Assembly: GCA_043228905.1 (NCBI GenBank)
Contig: JBHGNT010000005.1
Span: forward strand, 21,638,001 to 21,702,000
From: Azolla caroliniana
Lineage: Eukaryota > Plantae > Polypodiophyta
Reading direction: 5' to 3'
DNA length: 64,000 nt
Shown piece after piece: positions 24,609 to 39,983 of the stretch; the stretch's first letter is position 1; the number at the start of each line of letters is the position of its first letter. The translations under genes were made by a program, and so were the position numbers. Under the pieces are notes generated by a model that saw only the letters and a program-made list of their open reading frames with translations, was not told where the DNA came from and made no database searches.

Positions 24609-25324
24609 ATACTTGATTCTAACATTTCTTCTTTAATAATTTCACACTTGATGAATCAAGTTACATCAGGACATATAATTAACTCTAAAGGCCTTCTGAT
24701 TCACTACCTTTGGCTAAAGCCAATAATACGTATTTGACATGTATCCATCCATAAAAGAGACTTTAAATCAATACTTGAGAGTCCTTATTGGTCTTGCGTG
24801 CATGCAGAGCAACATGTTTTAGCACCAGTTTGTACACGTAAATGAACATCTAATCACTTGCTGCAGGATGCATGTAATTTTGATCACATTTAAATTTTCT
24901 TCACTGATATACCGCAAAGTATATGTATAAGAGTACCCTTGCATCATACCCATTTTAATAGTTTGGTTTTGCATACATGATGGGTAATATGTTTTTGCAT
25001 CAATATGCATTTGTAAATGAATGTTTAATTGCCTAGTGTGGGATACATATATTCGATTGCATTTAAATTTTCTCCACTGATAGATCGGAAATTACACATC
25101 CCAGAGTAACCTTGACACTAAGCTTGTTATTAATTGATGACAACAAAAGGATTTCCAGTATGATATATGTTCAATATATGATGATGCATATGTAACATTT
25201 CCAGTATATCTCACATTGTGTACCTGTAACTTATCATGATCTATGAAGACTTAAAGAAAATATTTGGGGTAGAAATAGCTTACTTTTGGGATAATTAACC
25301 CTGCTAAACTAGATGGTATTGATA

Positions 25325-25581
25325 AAACAATGTGGTTGTCTTGGTTCCAGTGAAAACTTGCAGAAAGTCCTAAAAGTCATACCACTGCTTTTGAGCAGGT
25401 AGAAAACAATAACACAATGTGTGGTTGTCTTGCTTCCAGTGAAAACTTGCAGAAAGTTATAAAAGTCGTACCACTGCTTTTGAGCAGGTAGAAAACAATA
25501 ACACAATGTGTGCTTGTCTTGCTTCCAGTGAAAACTTGCAGAAAGTTCTAAAAATCATACCACACTGATTTTAGGCAGGTA
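25325..25581 (+). repeat. Tandem repeat, 3 x 89 bp, between the FAHD1 and RAPTOR 3' ends
   Basis: GTGAAAACTTGCAGAAAG at 25350, 25439 and 25528. Confidence 0.9.
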
Positions 25582-26965
25582 TTTTCTATGTTGGACTACA
25601 TGTACCAAGTACTAAACAGGAATCACGTTCTGAAGAAGACCAAGTTTGAGCAATTTCTCCATGCAACTGAACCCACATGATCATGTATTTCCAACTATTC
25701 TTTTCTCAATTCAGTGTAAAATTTGCATTGCAGGCCTCATAGAAATTCCTGTATTAGACTCGATACAAGAAACAGTTCACAGCTAAGCCTCACAGCATGA
25801 AAAAGATAAATGACTTATACTTTGTAAAGTGAACATGTAGCCACTACAAGAATAGAGTGAAGTGAACATGTTGATACTACAAGAATAGAGCTGTAAAAGT
25901 AGCCAAAAAATAGAGCAGTAAAAGTACCTCCTTTAAGACAACATATACCCCTCTACATATTTCTGGTTTGTATTCTAATGTCCATACATCTCTTATAAAG
26001 AGAACATGTTGCCACTACAAGAACATAGCAGCAGAAGCAGCCATAACTATACCTTTTTTAACAGATATAATACTCCACCATGTGTGGATTGTGTTCTCAT
26101 GTCTACACCTCTTCATTCAAACTTTGCAAGTATGCAATGAGTTACATGAGATGACTTTTAAGAATATCACCTTCCTCTGACACATCATCATCAATTATGC
26201 TTTGCTTTCCTCCACATGTCATCATTAATACAATGCCCGCACACTTGCATACATATCATGAAAAATCATGATCCAGAGTTTTGGGTTCAATACTATCATT
26301 ATCCGTGCAGAAACCAAATCCAAAGTTTGAAATGCAAACAAATTCTCAGATCAATACTCATATTACCTGAAACAACCATAGATTTACCACCATTTTCAGC
26401 TAACTTCTATTTGTAAGGTTTGATATGCTAATATGATTGGTTCCAATTTGTGATTGCCTTTTTGTGGATTAACATGATGGAACAATTTTACAAAGACTAA
26501 GCACACTTTTCTGTTCAAGTCAATCAGACATGCCCTTAGCATGGCCTGTAACAAAATGTACTGATGTTTGTGTTTGAACAGCTGGAAAGAATCAGAGGTA
26601 CACGGTTTTGTGCAAAGCTATTTACATCCTTAGATTTTGGTGTATAAGCCACTGGCAAGGACTGAAGTCCATCTCTTCTTTTTTATCAAACAAATGGCTG
26701 AACACAAGCCACAAAGAATATAATTACAAATTCCTCCAAGTGCAGGCTTCTTTCCACTAATGAGGGAGAGGACCGAGTGCAATTAGCTGCTGAGAGGTGG
26801 CGAGATTGCACCCTCATTTTGATCATACCATCTACGCTAGGAGTAAACATTTCAGCTGTAGCTTTTGTCGCTTTGACATTTCGTATCTCTCCATTGAACC
26901 ACAGGCCATTAAGATATTATGTATTTTGAGTGCACCCAGATAAAATATTTAAGAGCTCGGCAATA

Positions 26966-29900
26966 TCATGGAAGGCCAGAATCTCCAGAATATATGGACA
27001 CATTGGAGTCAGTAGCTCCTGCTGCAAGGAATACTTTGTATGGATGGAAACTCAGTGAGCTAACTGGCCCAATCCTTTGCCCGAGGAAACTGTTATGGTA
27101 TCGGATAACACTTAGCTGTTCTCCTTGTAAATTAAAAACTTTAATCACCTGTTTGGCTGACCCACATGCAATGAAAGGTGCATGTCTATGTACAGCCATT
27201 GCTGATAATAAGCTGCTGCGTGCATCCACCTCAAGGCAGGGTGTTTCCGGTTTCCTCATGTCGATAAATTTCAGGTCACCTGCTCCTGATGCTGATACTA
27301 TCTGGCAACAAATAAGTGGTCATTCTTAGCACTTGAGGAATAATAATCCAAGCTTGCAAATTAACAGATTTGACACTCAATTTATCAGATCATCACAGAT
27401 GGCATTGCATTAGTATGATATTAATTGAAAAGGAATATCTGCCATGAACAAAGATTTAGTGTATGAAGGCTTTGTAAATTGAAATTAAAAAATTTCAATA
27501 CTAGCATTTCTAAAAGTTGTAAAGGTTGTGAATCCAGTCCAGACAAAAATGCAAGACTTCATTTCATGCCTTGTATAAACCATCTCAGGGAGTCCGTGAT
27601 ACAAGTGTTCTGATTGTCTGTGTATATAGTTCCAAAAACATTAGGGGTTCTAATATTTTATGCAGAATGAATCTTCTAATATTACACTTGCACCTGACCG
27701 TTTATAGGATTCAAACTAAGAACTATGACATGCATGTCAGGGTTCGTGAGTGTGTGTGTATGAGAGAGAGAGAGACCTTCTTTGAGTCTAATCCCGGCAG
27801 AAAGTCCACATTTATGACCTTTTGTGAATGCAGAGTTGTGATACAAGCCCTGAAATAAACACACATCATAGTTATCACCTAAAACTAGAATTTGTAGAGT
27901 TAAATATAAAAACATTATACAGAAAATGTTAAACCAGCAGGTAGACTCATAGCCCAAAGAGCTCAATCTTAGACAAAAGATCCATTAAATACGTTTCTGT
28001 GTAAGAGGTCTTCAATCCTTGATCAGCTCTTTCAATTTCCAACAGGGTCATTAGCTCATAAATCCTCAAACATTCATGACTACTTTCATAATGTCATCAG
28101 TTCATCAATTCTAGTTGAAGCTTCCCAAAACAGATGGAGAACTTTTCAATGGTTCTTTTCCTTAAATTATTGATCGAGTTACCTTCTGATTTCAAATTTT
28201 ATCTTAATATTCCCAATCACAACACATGAATCCAAGTGCCTGAGTCAGCCGGTAACAAGCAAGTTTGACCAAAACAATAACAGCAACATTTACACTGACA
28301 CCTGCCACAAACAAACCAGTGATGCAATATATGGAACAAAAGAAAAACTGAAGCTTACAGATTTCTGGATCTTATATCGAATACTCTAACTGATCCATCA
28401 TAATAGCCAGCAGCAACATAATGATATAAGCCTTGTGATGCAGACTGAAATTCAACGGAACAATAAGTAGCAAGAAAAATGGAATACAAATCATACTGAT
28501 TTCCGATAAGCTCACCAAAGAAGAGACAGTACTGTCTGATTGTGAAGGAATATCGAATGCAAGCATCTCAGAATTCAAATCCCATACTGCAATTGAAGAT
28601 ACCTCGCCAGAGGCATACTGTTGAAATCTAACATCAGTGGCATTCTCAAAATAACTAAATGAGAGTGCAATCCTCTACTCAATACACAGTTAAAAGGTTC
28701 CTATAGTATGGACAAGAAATAGATGAGTATTACCAGAAATCCTCTAAACTGCTGCCAGTCCATTACAGCATTCATACTCCGGACACCAGGTTTATGTCCT
28801 TGGACTGTTTGCCATGCTGTTACCAAATGCTGAGCATTCTTCTGAGTATAATCTTTCCAGATTCTTACACAACCATCACCTAAATAAATAAAGATCTTAG
28901 ACATTATATCACAACAAAATAATTGGTTCATGTGATAAAGTCGATATAGTCATTTACTTACTTGATGCTACAAGTAAAAGACTGTCATCAAGTTCATTAA
29001 GTACACACATTCTGGACACACCCTTATCAGCAGCTTTATGGTTATCAAACATGTTAACCAATTCTCCTTCTTCATAATCCCAGATCCTTCAACCAAATAC
29101 ATGATTCGAAATGTCAGCATTTTGTCCACAGACAGAACTAAATAATAAACGATTATCAAGTATATTTTCACTGGAGCAGTTAACAGAAGACTTAAGAGAA
29201 AGAACAAACTGTAGCATTGTAATATTCTCAGCACCAACCTTATAACCTCATTTTCATCTGCAGAACACACAATTGGTATAAAGGGGTGTAAGAGTACAGC
29301 TTTAGAAGTGCTTTGAGATTCAATATCAAAGCTTGCAATCTGATCACTGACTCTTGTGATGTCTGTTTCAAAGTTCCATTAATGATTTTACATCAGCACC
29401 ATTGATAGCAGTAGAATTATGACAAGAGCTTTCCCCACTTACTAGAATGTTCACATTTGGAAATTCCATCCAATGCTAACCGCTGCCTTTCAGTTCTACG
29501 AGTTGAAGAATCATCATCATCATCATGTGGAAGCTCAAGAAGTGGTCTGGCGTAATGACCAGAACTCCACTTGTATAAGTTTGAGGAAGGTACTGTCACA
29601 TTTTCCAATGCTGGTGAAGGCCCACCTCCAACGAGTGCTGAACCAGCTAAACCAGACTCTGCAGTTCTTCGCAAGTGAGGACTGAACTCTAAAGAGCATA
29701 CTCTTCTCATTCCAGTTCCAGTTAGCACACTTTGTCCTGTTGGGGGACTCGCAGGAGGTGTCCGAAATGTGACTGTAGAGTTACCTGTAGATAGAAATCC
29801 TCTTAGAAATGTAAATGGAAGAGCCTAAAATCAAACAAAAAAAATGTAAACCTGATGGTGAATCTATCCAGGAGAAGGATCGAGGTAAACTTGAGAGTAC

Positions 29901-32900
29901 AGTTGGAGGCATTGCTCCTATTGAGGAGTTCCTTTGATGGCCAGATCCTGAACCTAAGTGTAGAGTTGGACTGGTGCCAACCTTCACAGGGTTGACAACA
30001 ACAGGTTCAACACCAATATTTCTGAGGACTTGTCGACCAAAGCCTGCAACATGAGGAAAAGGGTCCCTTCCCAGAGTATACATAGCTGAGACACAGCGAA
30101 CATAAAAACTGCTTTCCTCTGTACGTTGTTTTCTAGGCCTAAGATCACCATTGCTTGACTTTTCATTTTCCAAAAACTTGGACACTTCTGTTGAAGGAGA
30201 ACCCTGCATCAGAGAAGACACTTGAAGTGATGGGCTGTTGAAACTTATGTGCACTGGCATTGGCTCTGTTAGTCTCAGACCTGCGCTCTTCGAAAGAGCA
30301 ACAGAGCTCCCTGAGAGAGCCATTTGAGCAGCGTTACTGTAATTCCCTGATGCGCTCCGGATAGGTGTTAATGTCGGTAATGAGGTAATGACAGAATTTG
30401 ATGGGGGCTTTAAGTACGCAGCTGCAATGGGTTTCAAGAGCTTATTATGTCCAATGGCAAATCGAGACAGACCTGAAATTTCAATAGAACTTCTTTCAAA
30501 AACGAAATTGATTAGAAATACTAGTGTAGTATAACGAGTGATTTTGTAATACCTATTGCAAGCTCTACTCTTACTAAAGGACTTCCATCATATAGTACTT
30601 TCAGTAGATAATTAGCTATTTCTTGCTCAGCTTTGTGTCTTTCTTCATCTTCATGATCATCATCCAAGGAAGCACTATCTGAGACTAATTCACTTCCAAC
30701 AGCAATCAATGTCCCAAGTGCAAAAGTAGCAGCAGCACGAACCTGAAAAGATATAAGCTTTAGGAAAACAAGAGACTTTCACTTGCATAGATGTTCTCCA
30801 TAAACCCAGGTAAGATACCTCAGGCTGTGTCTCAGACAGAAGTTGCATGAGAATTGCTGGTGCACTTGCTTGAAGCCCTTGCTGCTGAGCAAGGTCATAT
30901 CCTTCCCACAGCTTTCCAAGACACAGGCACAGCCATTTCAGCAGCATTGTGTCTCGTTGCCCATCTGTTGATAACCAGGTTTGAATGTGCTGGAGGCATA
31001 TACTAACAAGACCACATTGGAGGCACTCTTCCTGTCCTCTTCTATGCCCATCCACAATAACTGTAAGTACAAAGGCTGCCATTGCCTGTTGTTCAGCATG
31101 TATATCTGGACTGTCCAAAAACTTGATAAAGTACTGATGGCCATTGTCCTTTACCAAATCCACCTGGCAGGACTGAAAACACTGACCTTGGATCAATTTC
31201 TATTTTCATCATAAAACAAGTCTCCAAAATTAGAAAATACCTTATCCAAAGCAAGAATTTTGGTCCATATGAATACTAGGATCTGTCTGAGCTCAGCTGC
31301 AGTTGTTTGGAGCAACTTAAGCACATATGGGAATATTCCAACAGAGAGTGCCTAAAGAGTACCAGGTAAGGTATACCTTCCAAATTCTATCTGCATAAGA
31401 ATGATAACTTTATGAACACAATAATAATTACCAAATCAACAGCCCACGCTCCCATATCCAAAAAACGTCCTAATAGAACTAGAGCTCGAAATCTATGAGA
31501 CTGGCTCAGTAGCACCTGCAAAAAAAATATAAACAAATATCTCTAGAACAGTGCAAAGACATTGTTCAACAACAGAGAAAAAAATTATAAATATAAAAAG
31601 TCCACCATAGTTTCTATCCTCAACATTTACTCATTAGATAAATATATACATATCACATGATTGGGTTTTTTGGCATAAAAAAGGAGGATAGGCACATACA
31701 TGCAAGCACAGCACAGCGCAAGAGAATTTGACAAATCCAATATTTATAAATGTAACCAAAAATTCATTTTCTATTATTGACGCATATATCAAAAATACAA
31801 AAAGCACCAAAGTGGATGCTATTTACTATAGAAGTTTGCTTGTAGTGCTACACATTGAGTATTATGTATTGCTTTTGTCTTGGTCTTCAGCAATTTTATC
31901 AGATTTCAACAGATCAGAACCATTCATTAAAAAAAGGATGAAGGCAGAACACATGTGGAGAGCCCAACAAGGATCCAGGGAGAAAGGGCACAAGCTCAAG
32001 AGCATATAATATATAAAAGTCATACGCAAAAAAGTGTAGGCAGCCATCAGCAGGAGACATTCTAATTAGCTCTAGGGTATAATTGAATTAGAAACTGTAA
32101 TTCGGCCCAACTGAAACTGGCAAACCAAAATGCAGTCATCTCTTCTCTTTTTCTCTCACATATTTCTGAAACTGTTTCATATTTTAGAAACTCTCGGTCT
32201 CTTTCTCTCTCAAACTCTGCATCATATTTCAGAAATTTCACTCGGTTCTCGGAATCTTAATTGTTTAGTATTTTTTCTTTTCTCTCTGGATCTTGGTTTG
32301 ATAGGTTAGACCACATCACTGTGAGAAAAACAAGTGCTATAGTGGTCATGGATTCAGTCCCATAAAATAGATCGTGTTTGGTCTCCAACTCAAAGTCTTA
32401 AATTTGAGAAAAAACAAGTGCTATCATTGCCATGGGTTCCATCCCATCAAAGGGCTTGCATTGGATCTTCCATGAAAATTAATAATCTCTCTCTAATTCT
32501 GTTCATATTTCAGCATTTGTTTCTCTGAAGTTTACATTCTGAATCTAATTTTAGCAAGTTAGTAATTGTCAAGTATCTACTTGTAATCTCCTTGTCTGCA
32601 ATAAAAACATGCAATATCATAGAGCACACTTCACTAGTTCCTCACTGAGGTGAAACACCATGTTTCAGGTTTGGCATGTTTCCCAGTGACACTGCTGTGG
32701 GACTATGTATCTGTAGCTCATCACCAAGGATGAGAGACCATCAGCTCTTTGAGATGTAGTCATACACCGTTAGGTAGGTGATGCTAGAAAATATCAGTGT
32801 CTTGCAAGTGATCATCCCCATTATCAGGAGGCTGCATCTCCAAGCTACAAAGAATACTCTCTTAAATCAACAGGAACAGAGGATGCCTAGAAGCTACCTC

Positions 32901-35900
32901 ACAGATGACAACCATATTTGGTCAATTGGTAAAAAATGATGCATTGCAAATACAAAAATATGAGAAACTTCCAAAGTGAATTATCTACATGAGATTTTTT
33001 ATCAGCTTTACTTAATATCAAATCCGAGCTAATCATTACCTGAAGAACAATCGGCAGTTGTTCTGGGGGTTTTTTTCTTTCTGACCCATGGTTCAACCAA
33101 ACCTCAAAAGCTGTTAATTGTTCACTGAAAAAGGGACTTGCCTGGAAATACAATACAAAGAGCATGCATAAGCTGAATGAAGCATATATCAACTATTAGA
33201 ATGTTTCCAATCTACAATAGGACTAATAATTGTAGCATAATTAATAATACCTTAAATTCAGTTGAATCCTTTAATAATCCAGGGAGTTGAGCAAGGCACA
33301 TCTCAGCAGCCATATCCCATGCATACCTACAGATATGGGAATCTGAATATCGAATATTAACGTATATTTTGTCAAAATGTACGAATTTAGAGAGCTTATT
33401 CTACCACATTGGGTGCTGATGAGTAGGAGGCAAACGGGGATAGGACAAAGGAGAGCAATTTGCAGCTCGCATTATTCTTTCTGCAAGGATGAAATTCCGA
33501 AATAGACTTGCAACAAGAAGGTCTTGACGAAACAACTTTTGAAATAATTCTGCAAAAAGAAACGTTGATTAGAAAGTTAAGGGAAATTCAAATACTGATT
33601 TAAAGTTGCCCTAATCAGTTTTCAGAAAAACACACCTCGTGGAAGGACGTTCCAGGCAATAGTATCTGTTATAGCTGTAAAAATCCAGTTTAACTCTCCT
33701 AAAGGTGTTTTACGATCATTCTGCCTTCCTGGAATTTGGTCAATAAGATCTGGATCTAGAGAATCCTTAAGCAATGACCTCGGGCAAAACCTATATGGAA
33801 TAAAAATAATCAAAGGTCAAAAACAAATTGTAAACCCCAGTAGTATATACACTATAACACTAGATTAAATTGATTCATTGCTTTTCATTGGATCAATATT
33901 TTCAACAACAATTACAGTTTTTTGAAATAAGGGTGTATTTTCAAAAAATCCAATGCATCATAACATGGTTGGGGATAAGCAGCTTGCAAGAGACGCCCAT
34001 TGAGAATTTACAATTAGACTTTAATTGGCCAAGTTGACAGCAGAGTCAAGCAAGCACATTTGGACAGATGTAAAAATAGTAGAATTTCCAATGACACAGG
34101 GTTATTGAAAAATATAAGTACGCCCATAATATAAACTTCCAGTCCTTGATTATCCACTGCCTTAGTCTTTTCCTCTTAAGAACAAACTGATTTCTCAGGA
34201 TACATCACCTCTCCCAACAAGCCTGGTTCGGAATACTCCAACTGGATCAATATTTTCAACAACCATTACAGTTTTCTGAAGGTGTATTTTCACAAATTCC
34301 AATGCATCATAACATGGTTGGGGATAAGCAGCTTGCAAGAGATGCCCATTGAGAATTTACAATTAGACTTTAATTGGCCAAGTTGACTGCAGAGTCAAGC
34401 AAGCACATTTTGATAGATGTAAAAATAGTAGAATTTCCAAAGACACGGGCTTTTGAAAAATATAAGTACGTCCATAATATAAACTTCCAGTCCTTGATTA
34501 TCCACTGCCTTAGTCTTTTTCTCTTAAGAACAAACAGATTTCTCAGGATACATCACCTCTCCCAACAAGACTGGCTCAGAATACTCTTAACTACAAGATG
34601 TAGTTCATTATTCAGACTTGATTGCATCCGTAACTCTAGATCATTAATATCAGTTCCTAGACTAGTGCAGTAGGTGAAGTTGATGCTTAATATTATCTGA
34701 TAGGTCAGACCCACATTTACAGCTATACTATAAACTGAATTTATCATCATCCTCTGGAAACTCATATACAAAATGAGAATACAGAGAAAGCAGAGCTTCA
34801 TTTACCATCTTAAAGCAACCTTGATTGGTGTTGTTAGACATGCAGTAAATACATCTGCTGGTAACTCTGCATGTTGAGGTAAGATCTCATTTGCTCCACA
34901 CGCTGCTAAAAGGATACAATCTTTTGTCGCAGATGAAACTGGACTATTAAGACCCCACTCTGGGTGCTGCCAATTAGGAAATCCATACTAAGAATACCAA
35001 CAATGCAATATATAAAGCCACAAAAACATATTCTAGATAGAGAAATTACCTCACAAAAGGCATTTAGGATCATCCCAGCCGAAGAGCAGTCAAACACATA
35101 AATGGATGGTGTTCCAAGCCAAGACTCCAACTCATACACAGACAATGGTATGTATTGTGTGTAAGTCTGGCATAATAGCATAATTGATATCATGTTTCAT
35201 GAAATTTTGAAGCATACAAGCAACTTTGCACTATCTTGTCTACCAACCCGATTGAAAAGCCAGATTTCACCATTAATTGTTGGCTTTGGAACACCATGCC
35301 CGTTGTAGTGAAATAGAACTCGCTCTAACTTCGCACTCTTCCGACATTGTGAACAGAGTCTTTTTAATTCCTCAACAGTTGGGTCAAGTTGCAGTTTATA
35401 CTTAGCCTGTCATAAGAAATGACCAGAAGGAAAGACTCTGTAAATCCATCATCTAAATGTGGGAACCAAGAAAACAAAATACACCATACCCGTGGTTGCC
35501 ATCGCTCATATTGTGCTTGCAAATTTCTTCCAATAGCCTCAATAGCTTTTTGTGCAGACATTGAGAATGGATCTACCATGTCAAAATTAATCCTTTAGAT
35601 TGTACTGAAAAGAGATAGCTTCTAGGAAGTAGAACCAGATATGAAAATGACTAAATAACGTAAGATATTTTATCAATATGTTCAGGAACTATCCTACCTA
35701 TCCAGCATTCCATTCTCGCACAAGGAGAAATTTTTATGATATCTGGAGGATCAACACCAATGTTCAAGCAAAGCACCAAAGCAACATACCCAGTTTTCAT
35801 CTGCAAAAACGTGTACCACCACAACTCCAGAATAAAAACTTGAAGCGTATCATCCAAACATAAATTTCATGATACGACAGTTATTTAAATATAAAAAAGT

Positions 35901-38529
35901 GACCACTACAAAAGTCAAGTTTACTTTAAAAGCTAAAATATTTTTGTTTAATATTTTCATACTCTCCTATAAAATACCTATATGATCTTCTCTACAACAA
36001 ATTGCAGAAAGAAAGAGGTATGTGTGTGTATTCTGTAACATACACTGCAGAAAGAAACATGTGTATATCTTGGCACATGACACTGAAGAGGAGATTAAAA
36101 ATGAAGTGTTTAATATAAATAAACTAGTAAAAAGTCCAGAGATACCCAGTAAATTCAATTTTATGTACAAATTGAGGCAAGAAAGAATTCAAGGATTTAA
36201 GGCATGGTCTCAGGAAATCACATCACGAGATAAGAACTGAAATGCCTATGAGATGGAGGCAGACACCATGACCAGGTCCAGTTCATGATGGTTTGAGCAA
36301 CCTCACTTAGAAAATCTTCAAGTTGGTCATGAGTCAAGTTGTTGCTTCAAGATCCAGGAAATCATACTCTATTTTCAATTCACTTTAGAGATGTATATTT
36401 TAAAAACAAAGTCTGTTACAAGGATTCTCTTGATGGAGTATAATTTCTAGCTTTCGTTTCAGTAAGATATTAGTCTTTGTTGTTTTTTGGCTGTAACATT
36501 CTCTTGACTTTTTGAAGGGATAGAATGTAATACGCAAAAGCATTTGTATAGAGTACGCCGCATGTTATGTTTGCTTGGGGCTGAGTTCATCCAAATACAT
36601 AATAGTTTTCAGCAGAGAACCTACATCACTGTTTCGACACACTAAATTGCCAGCCATTCTGTTGCCAAAGTTACTAATTATTGACAAATTCAATGTTTTT
36701 TTATACTAATGATATTTACAAAGAATACCTATTTTTTCCCATGAAATTTGTTTGAAGTTATTCTATTATACACCGAATCTAAATAAATTACCTTACCTTT
36801 CAGTATCCACAGAGCAGGTCCTCTTTCTGTACATGTTGGATGGCATCTCCCTCACTGTTTCACACTCACAGAGGATCTTAAAAAGCTAGATTTCCGCAGG
36901 ACATGAATACCCCTGTCCTGGGCATACTTCTTCCTACATATACAGATACCTACTTGTCTCAAGGATTCAATCCATATATGAGCTATTCAGATCATAGAAA
37001 CTAGAAATCGAGCATGACAGGTGAACAAATATGGACCAGATAAGAGGATATTCAAGTTATTAAATGACGCTTAAGACAGAAGGATACTAAATTTTCTTCT
37101 AGACACTATAATATCCTTCACTATTTCTATAGCCTCTTCGGGTATTGGTCCAATGTGACATAGAAAACATTTCGGAAACAGAAACGAGGCTGGGACCGTA
37201 TCCCCAGATATGATGAGAAGCAAGGACAAGGGATAGATAATGGGTAAGGGGACATAAAGCTTAAAACAAGTCATCTGATGTGACCATGCTTCGATCTGCT
37301 CTCTCTACTAATGAATTACCATACTGAGAGATTGTTATACCCAAACACAGATAGTCCATCGGTTGCTTTTGCCTTCTGCAAAAGTTAATTCACATTTTAT
37401 TTTACTAGGACATATGTGCTCTTTTGTGAGCAGATTTTCACAATCATATATGTGCTTTTAAGAACTGTCAGTGTTGAAATTGTTAATAGAAGATACGGAT
37501 GTAGCCAGGTTGCGCTGTCAACCAGGAACTAGGCTTTCAAATCGCACAAACTCCATTGAGCAGATTTTCAAAATCATATATGTGCTTTTTAGAATTGTAA
37601 GTGTTGAAATTGTTAATGGAAGGTACCGATATAGCCAGTTTGCGCTGTCAACCAGGAACTAGGACTTCAAATCAACTCCATTAGCTTACCCTAGCAGTAA
37701 GTTGTTAAGGCTATCAAAAGAAGGCCTGGAGTTTAAGGCTCAATTTTCAAGCCAATATTCATATTTTTTTCTTAATATTTACTAGATGCCACTGTGGAAT
37801 GTAGGGATTGAAGGCATGAATGATCTTCTAGTCTCTGCCAGAAGACCTTAACAACTTAGCTACAACCATCTGGACTCCCTCCCTCTCTTTCTCTCTCTCT
37901 CTCTCTCTCTTCATTCATATATATTTTTTGGGGTAAACCCTCCATTTTGAGACCAAGCCACATTTAGCACAATACATATTTGTGTGTATTGGTGACAAGC
38001 ACTTAATTCTAGTGGAAAGCTCTATTTCTATCAACCATAACCCTGGGTTCAGATACCATTCATTCACTAGATGACACCGTGGAATGATGTACAGGTTGAC
38101 AACTCCATCCAACAGTCTTTCAACATTTCTTAGATGAGAAAATGGGAGCAAACTTCCACACAGTACATAAAAATAGAGAACAGCACTTACTCTATCCTTC
38201 ATTCTCCATTTCGAGACCACGCCGCTTTCAGCAGGGCCAGCAGATGCAGAAGGTTCATAAGCATGTCGATTAGCACCACTGAGATACACAGTTTGAGGTA
38301 CATAGATGATCCTCATGTTACCATCCACCTCTCTTTCTGATGAGTCAGCTTCCACCATAGTTCCTCCACATTCCTCAATTGTTAGACTCGGTCTAAGAAT
38401 TCCATCCTCATTATTTTTATTGTTGTTATTGTTGTTAAGCAAAGCTAGTTCTGATGATCCTGTACGTATCCTAGCCATGATTCCTACATCAATGCATTCC
38501 TTGGAAGCCATCACCTCTCCAACAGCCAT
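26966..38529 (-). CDS. RAPTOR: Regulatory-associated protein of TOR, 23 coding exons, about 1377 aa
   Basis: GT-AG exons in transcript order: 38529-38191, 35800-35698, 35572-35490, 35406-35248, 35166-35050, 34966-34806, 33790-33636, 33549-33405, 33326-33251, 33141-33040, 31515-31432, 31351-31241, 31172-30819, 30742-30553, 30472-29852, 29784-29443, 29362-29239, 29086-28962, 28879-28734, 28617-28516, 28444-28359, 27849-27777, 27301-26966 (4134 nt, in frame). RNC motifs [60 protein letters not shown]; HEAT region; WD40 end [16 protein letters not shown]. Confidence 0.97.
33889..34592 (+). repeat. Tandem duplication, 2 x ~354 bp, in RAPTOR intron 6
   Basis: TGGATCAATATTTTCAACAAC at 33889 and 34243; copies are collinear with scattered substitutions. 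Confidence 0.9.
37427..37682 (+). repeat. Tandem duplication, 2 x ~130 bp, in the first coding-region intron of RAPTOR
   Basis: TGAGCAGATTTTCA(C/A)AATCATATATGTGCTTTT at 37427 and 37557. Confidence 0.85.
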
Positions 38530-39818
38530 TCGAAAGTCTCGCTTTTATAAACTTTTCTTTTTGATGAAATGACGTAAAAGAGGAGACCATTGGGGTAAAC
38601 CTCTGTTTACTTTCTCCTTTCAATGCTTTTTTTTAGTGTTTCTTTCTTTTCAGCTGAATCAAGACTGAATTGCCTTGTTAGAGAAATGCATGAACGCTTG
38701 TATGGCTTGCATACACGGGTATATTCAACTTTTTAGAATCATATTGATATTCTTTTTATACAACCAACATCAAAATACTCTAAATCAACTGATAGAAAAC
38801 TTAGAAATCACGTCTTGCCCATGTAAGTTGACTCTGAATGAACCATCTGAAGCCTCCAGAAGTCATAATGGTTTGATCTGAAGCTACAAAGGAAGGCCAC
38901 AAACACCATATCTGCACTTCTCTGTAGAATTCTTAGCGCTGATTTTCTGAACAAATGCAACGTCCAGATCACCATGCTTCAGCTGAAGCCAAGAGTAGTC
39001 GTATGCATATCATCAACCAATTTGCAGATCTTGACTTTCAAAACGAACTCTTTATCAAATCTCCCTTTCTTCCTATGGGGAAGGAACTCTTATCAAAACT
39101 CTATTCCTACTTATCTTTGACTTTCTCCCTCTTTCTCCTTCTTTTCCACTCGGATGTAACCCTTGTCGAAACTCCTTTCACATTCTCTCTCTCTCTCTGT
39201 TTCTGTATTTTTCTTTCTTTTTCTTTAGGGAGGAAAGGAACGAAAAAAATGTGCCTTAATTCGACAAGCACCTGATTGACAAGGTAAGCCAAAAATGATC
39301 TGATTGCTACTTGCTCCTTCTAACTTCTGAGAAGATCGATTCAACTCCGAAGACCTTAGTGAAAGCTCTTGTAGAAGAAGAAGAAGAAGAAGAATCGGAA
39401 AGGAACCCTAAAAAAACAACTGATCGATCTGCTTCACTGCTTTCGATTTACGGCACAGGGTTTTTCCTTCTGAAAAACATGGATTCTTCTTCCCTTGATA
39501 CGCATCTCCTGCACGCTATGGACATTCAAAAGCAACGCTAGGATGCCACCAGTACTTCTCCTAATCGAGCAAAGCCCTAAAATTTTAACAGAAACGAAGA
39601 GGAAAGGCAGAGAGAAGCAAAAAGGAAACGAGGAGATGAAGACGAAGACGAAGACGAAGACGAAGACGAAGACGAGGCAGACTGAGACGAGGAATTCAGC
39701 GGGAACAACAGAGACCACGGGAAACAACAGGCATTGTAGGAAGAGAGGGGGGAGGTAATCGATCCACTGGAGTAAGCAGAGGAACGGGAGTTGAATTAAG
39801 CAGAGGGGGGGGCTAGAA

Positions 39819-39983
39819 TTAGGGTTAAAGTTAGGGTTAGGGTTAGGGTTGGGGGGCGGGGGTGGGGGAAAGAAAGATACAGCAAGGGAAGAAAGGAATG
39901 TATAAGGGTGTGAGAGAGTGAGTGTCTGTGCGTCGTGTGTGGGCGCGCGTGCAGAGAGAGGATTAGGGTTAGGGTTAGGGTTT
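39819..39983 (-). promoter_or_regulatory. Telomere-like (TTAGGG)n tracts / telo-box in the presumed RAPTOR promoter-TSS region
   Basis: (TTAGGG)3 at 39831-39848 and 39963-39980. AAACCCTA on the minus strand at 39976-39983. Adjacent (GA)n, which is a Y-patch on the minus strand. Confidence 0.7.

Noticed and set aside
25325-25581. CRISPR-like array (also considered for 43908-44457 and 54225-54580)
   Set aside because: Whole units repeat with no unique spacers, there are no cas genes, and the context is eukaryotic.
33251-33420. RAPTOR HPMWYAWD instead of the usual plant HHMWDAWD
   Set aside because: As I recall, this position varies among eukaryotic RAPTORs. The frame and splice sites are intact, so there is no evidence of altered function.
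39819-39983. True telomere or chromosome-fusion scar
   Set aside because: Only 3-4 units per tract, located in a promoter context; better explained as telo-box-type elements.
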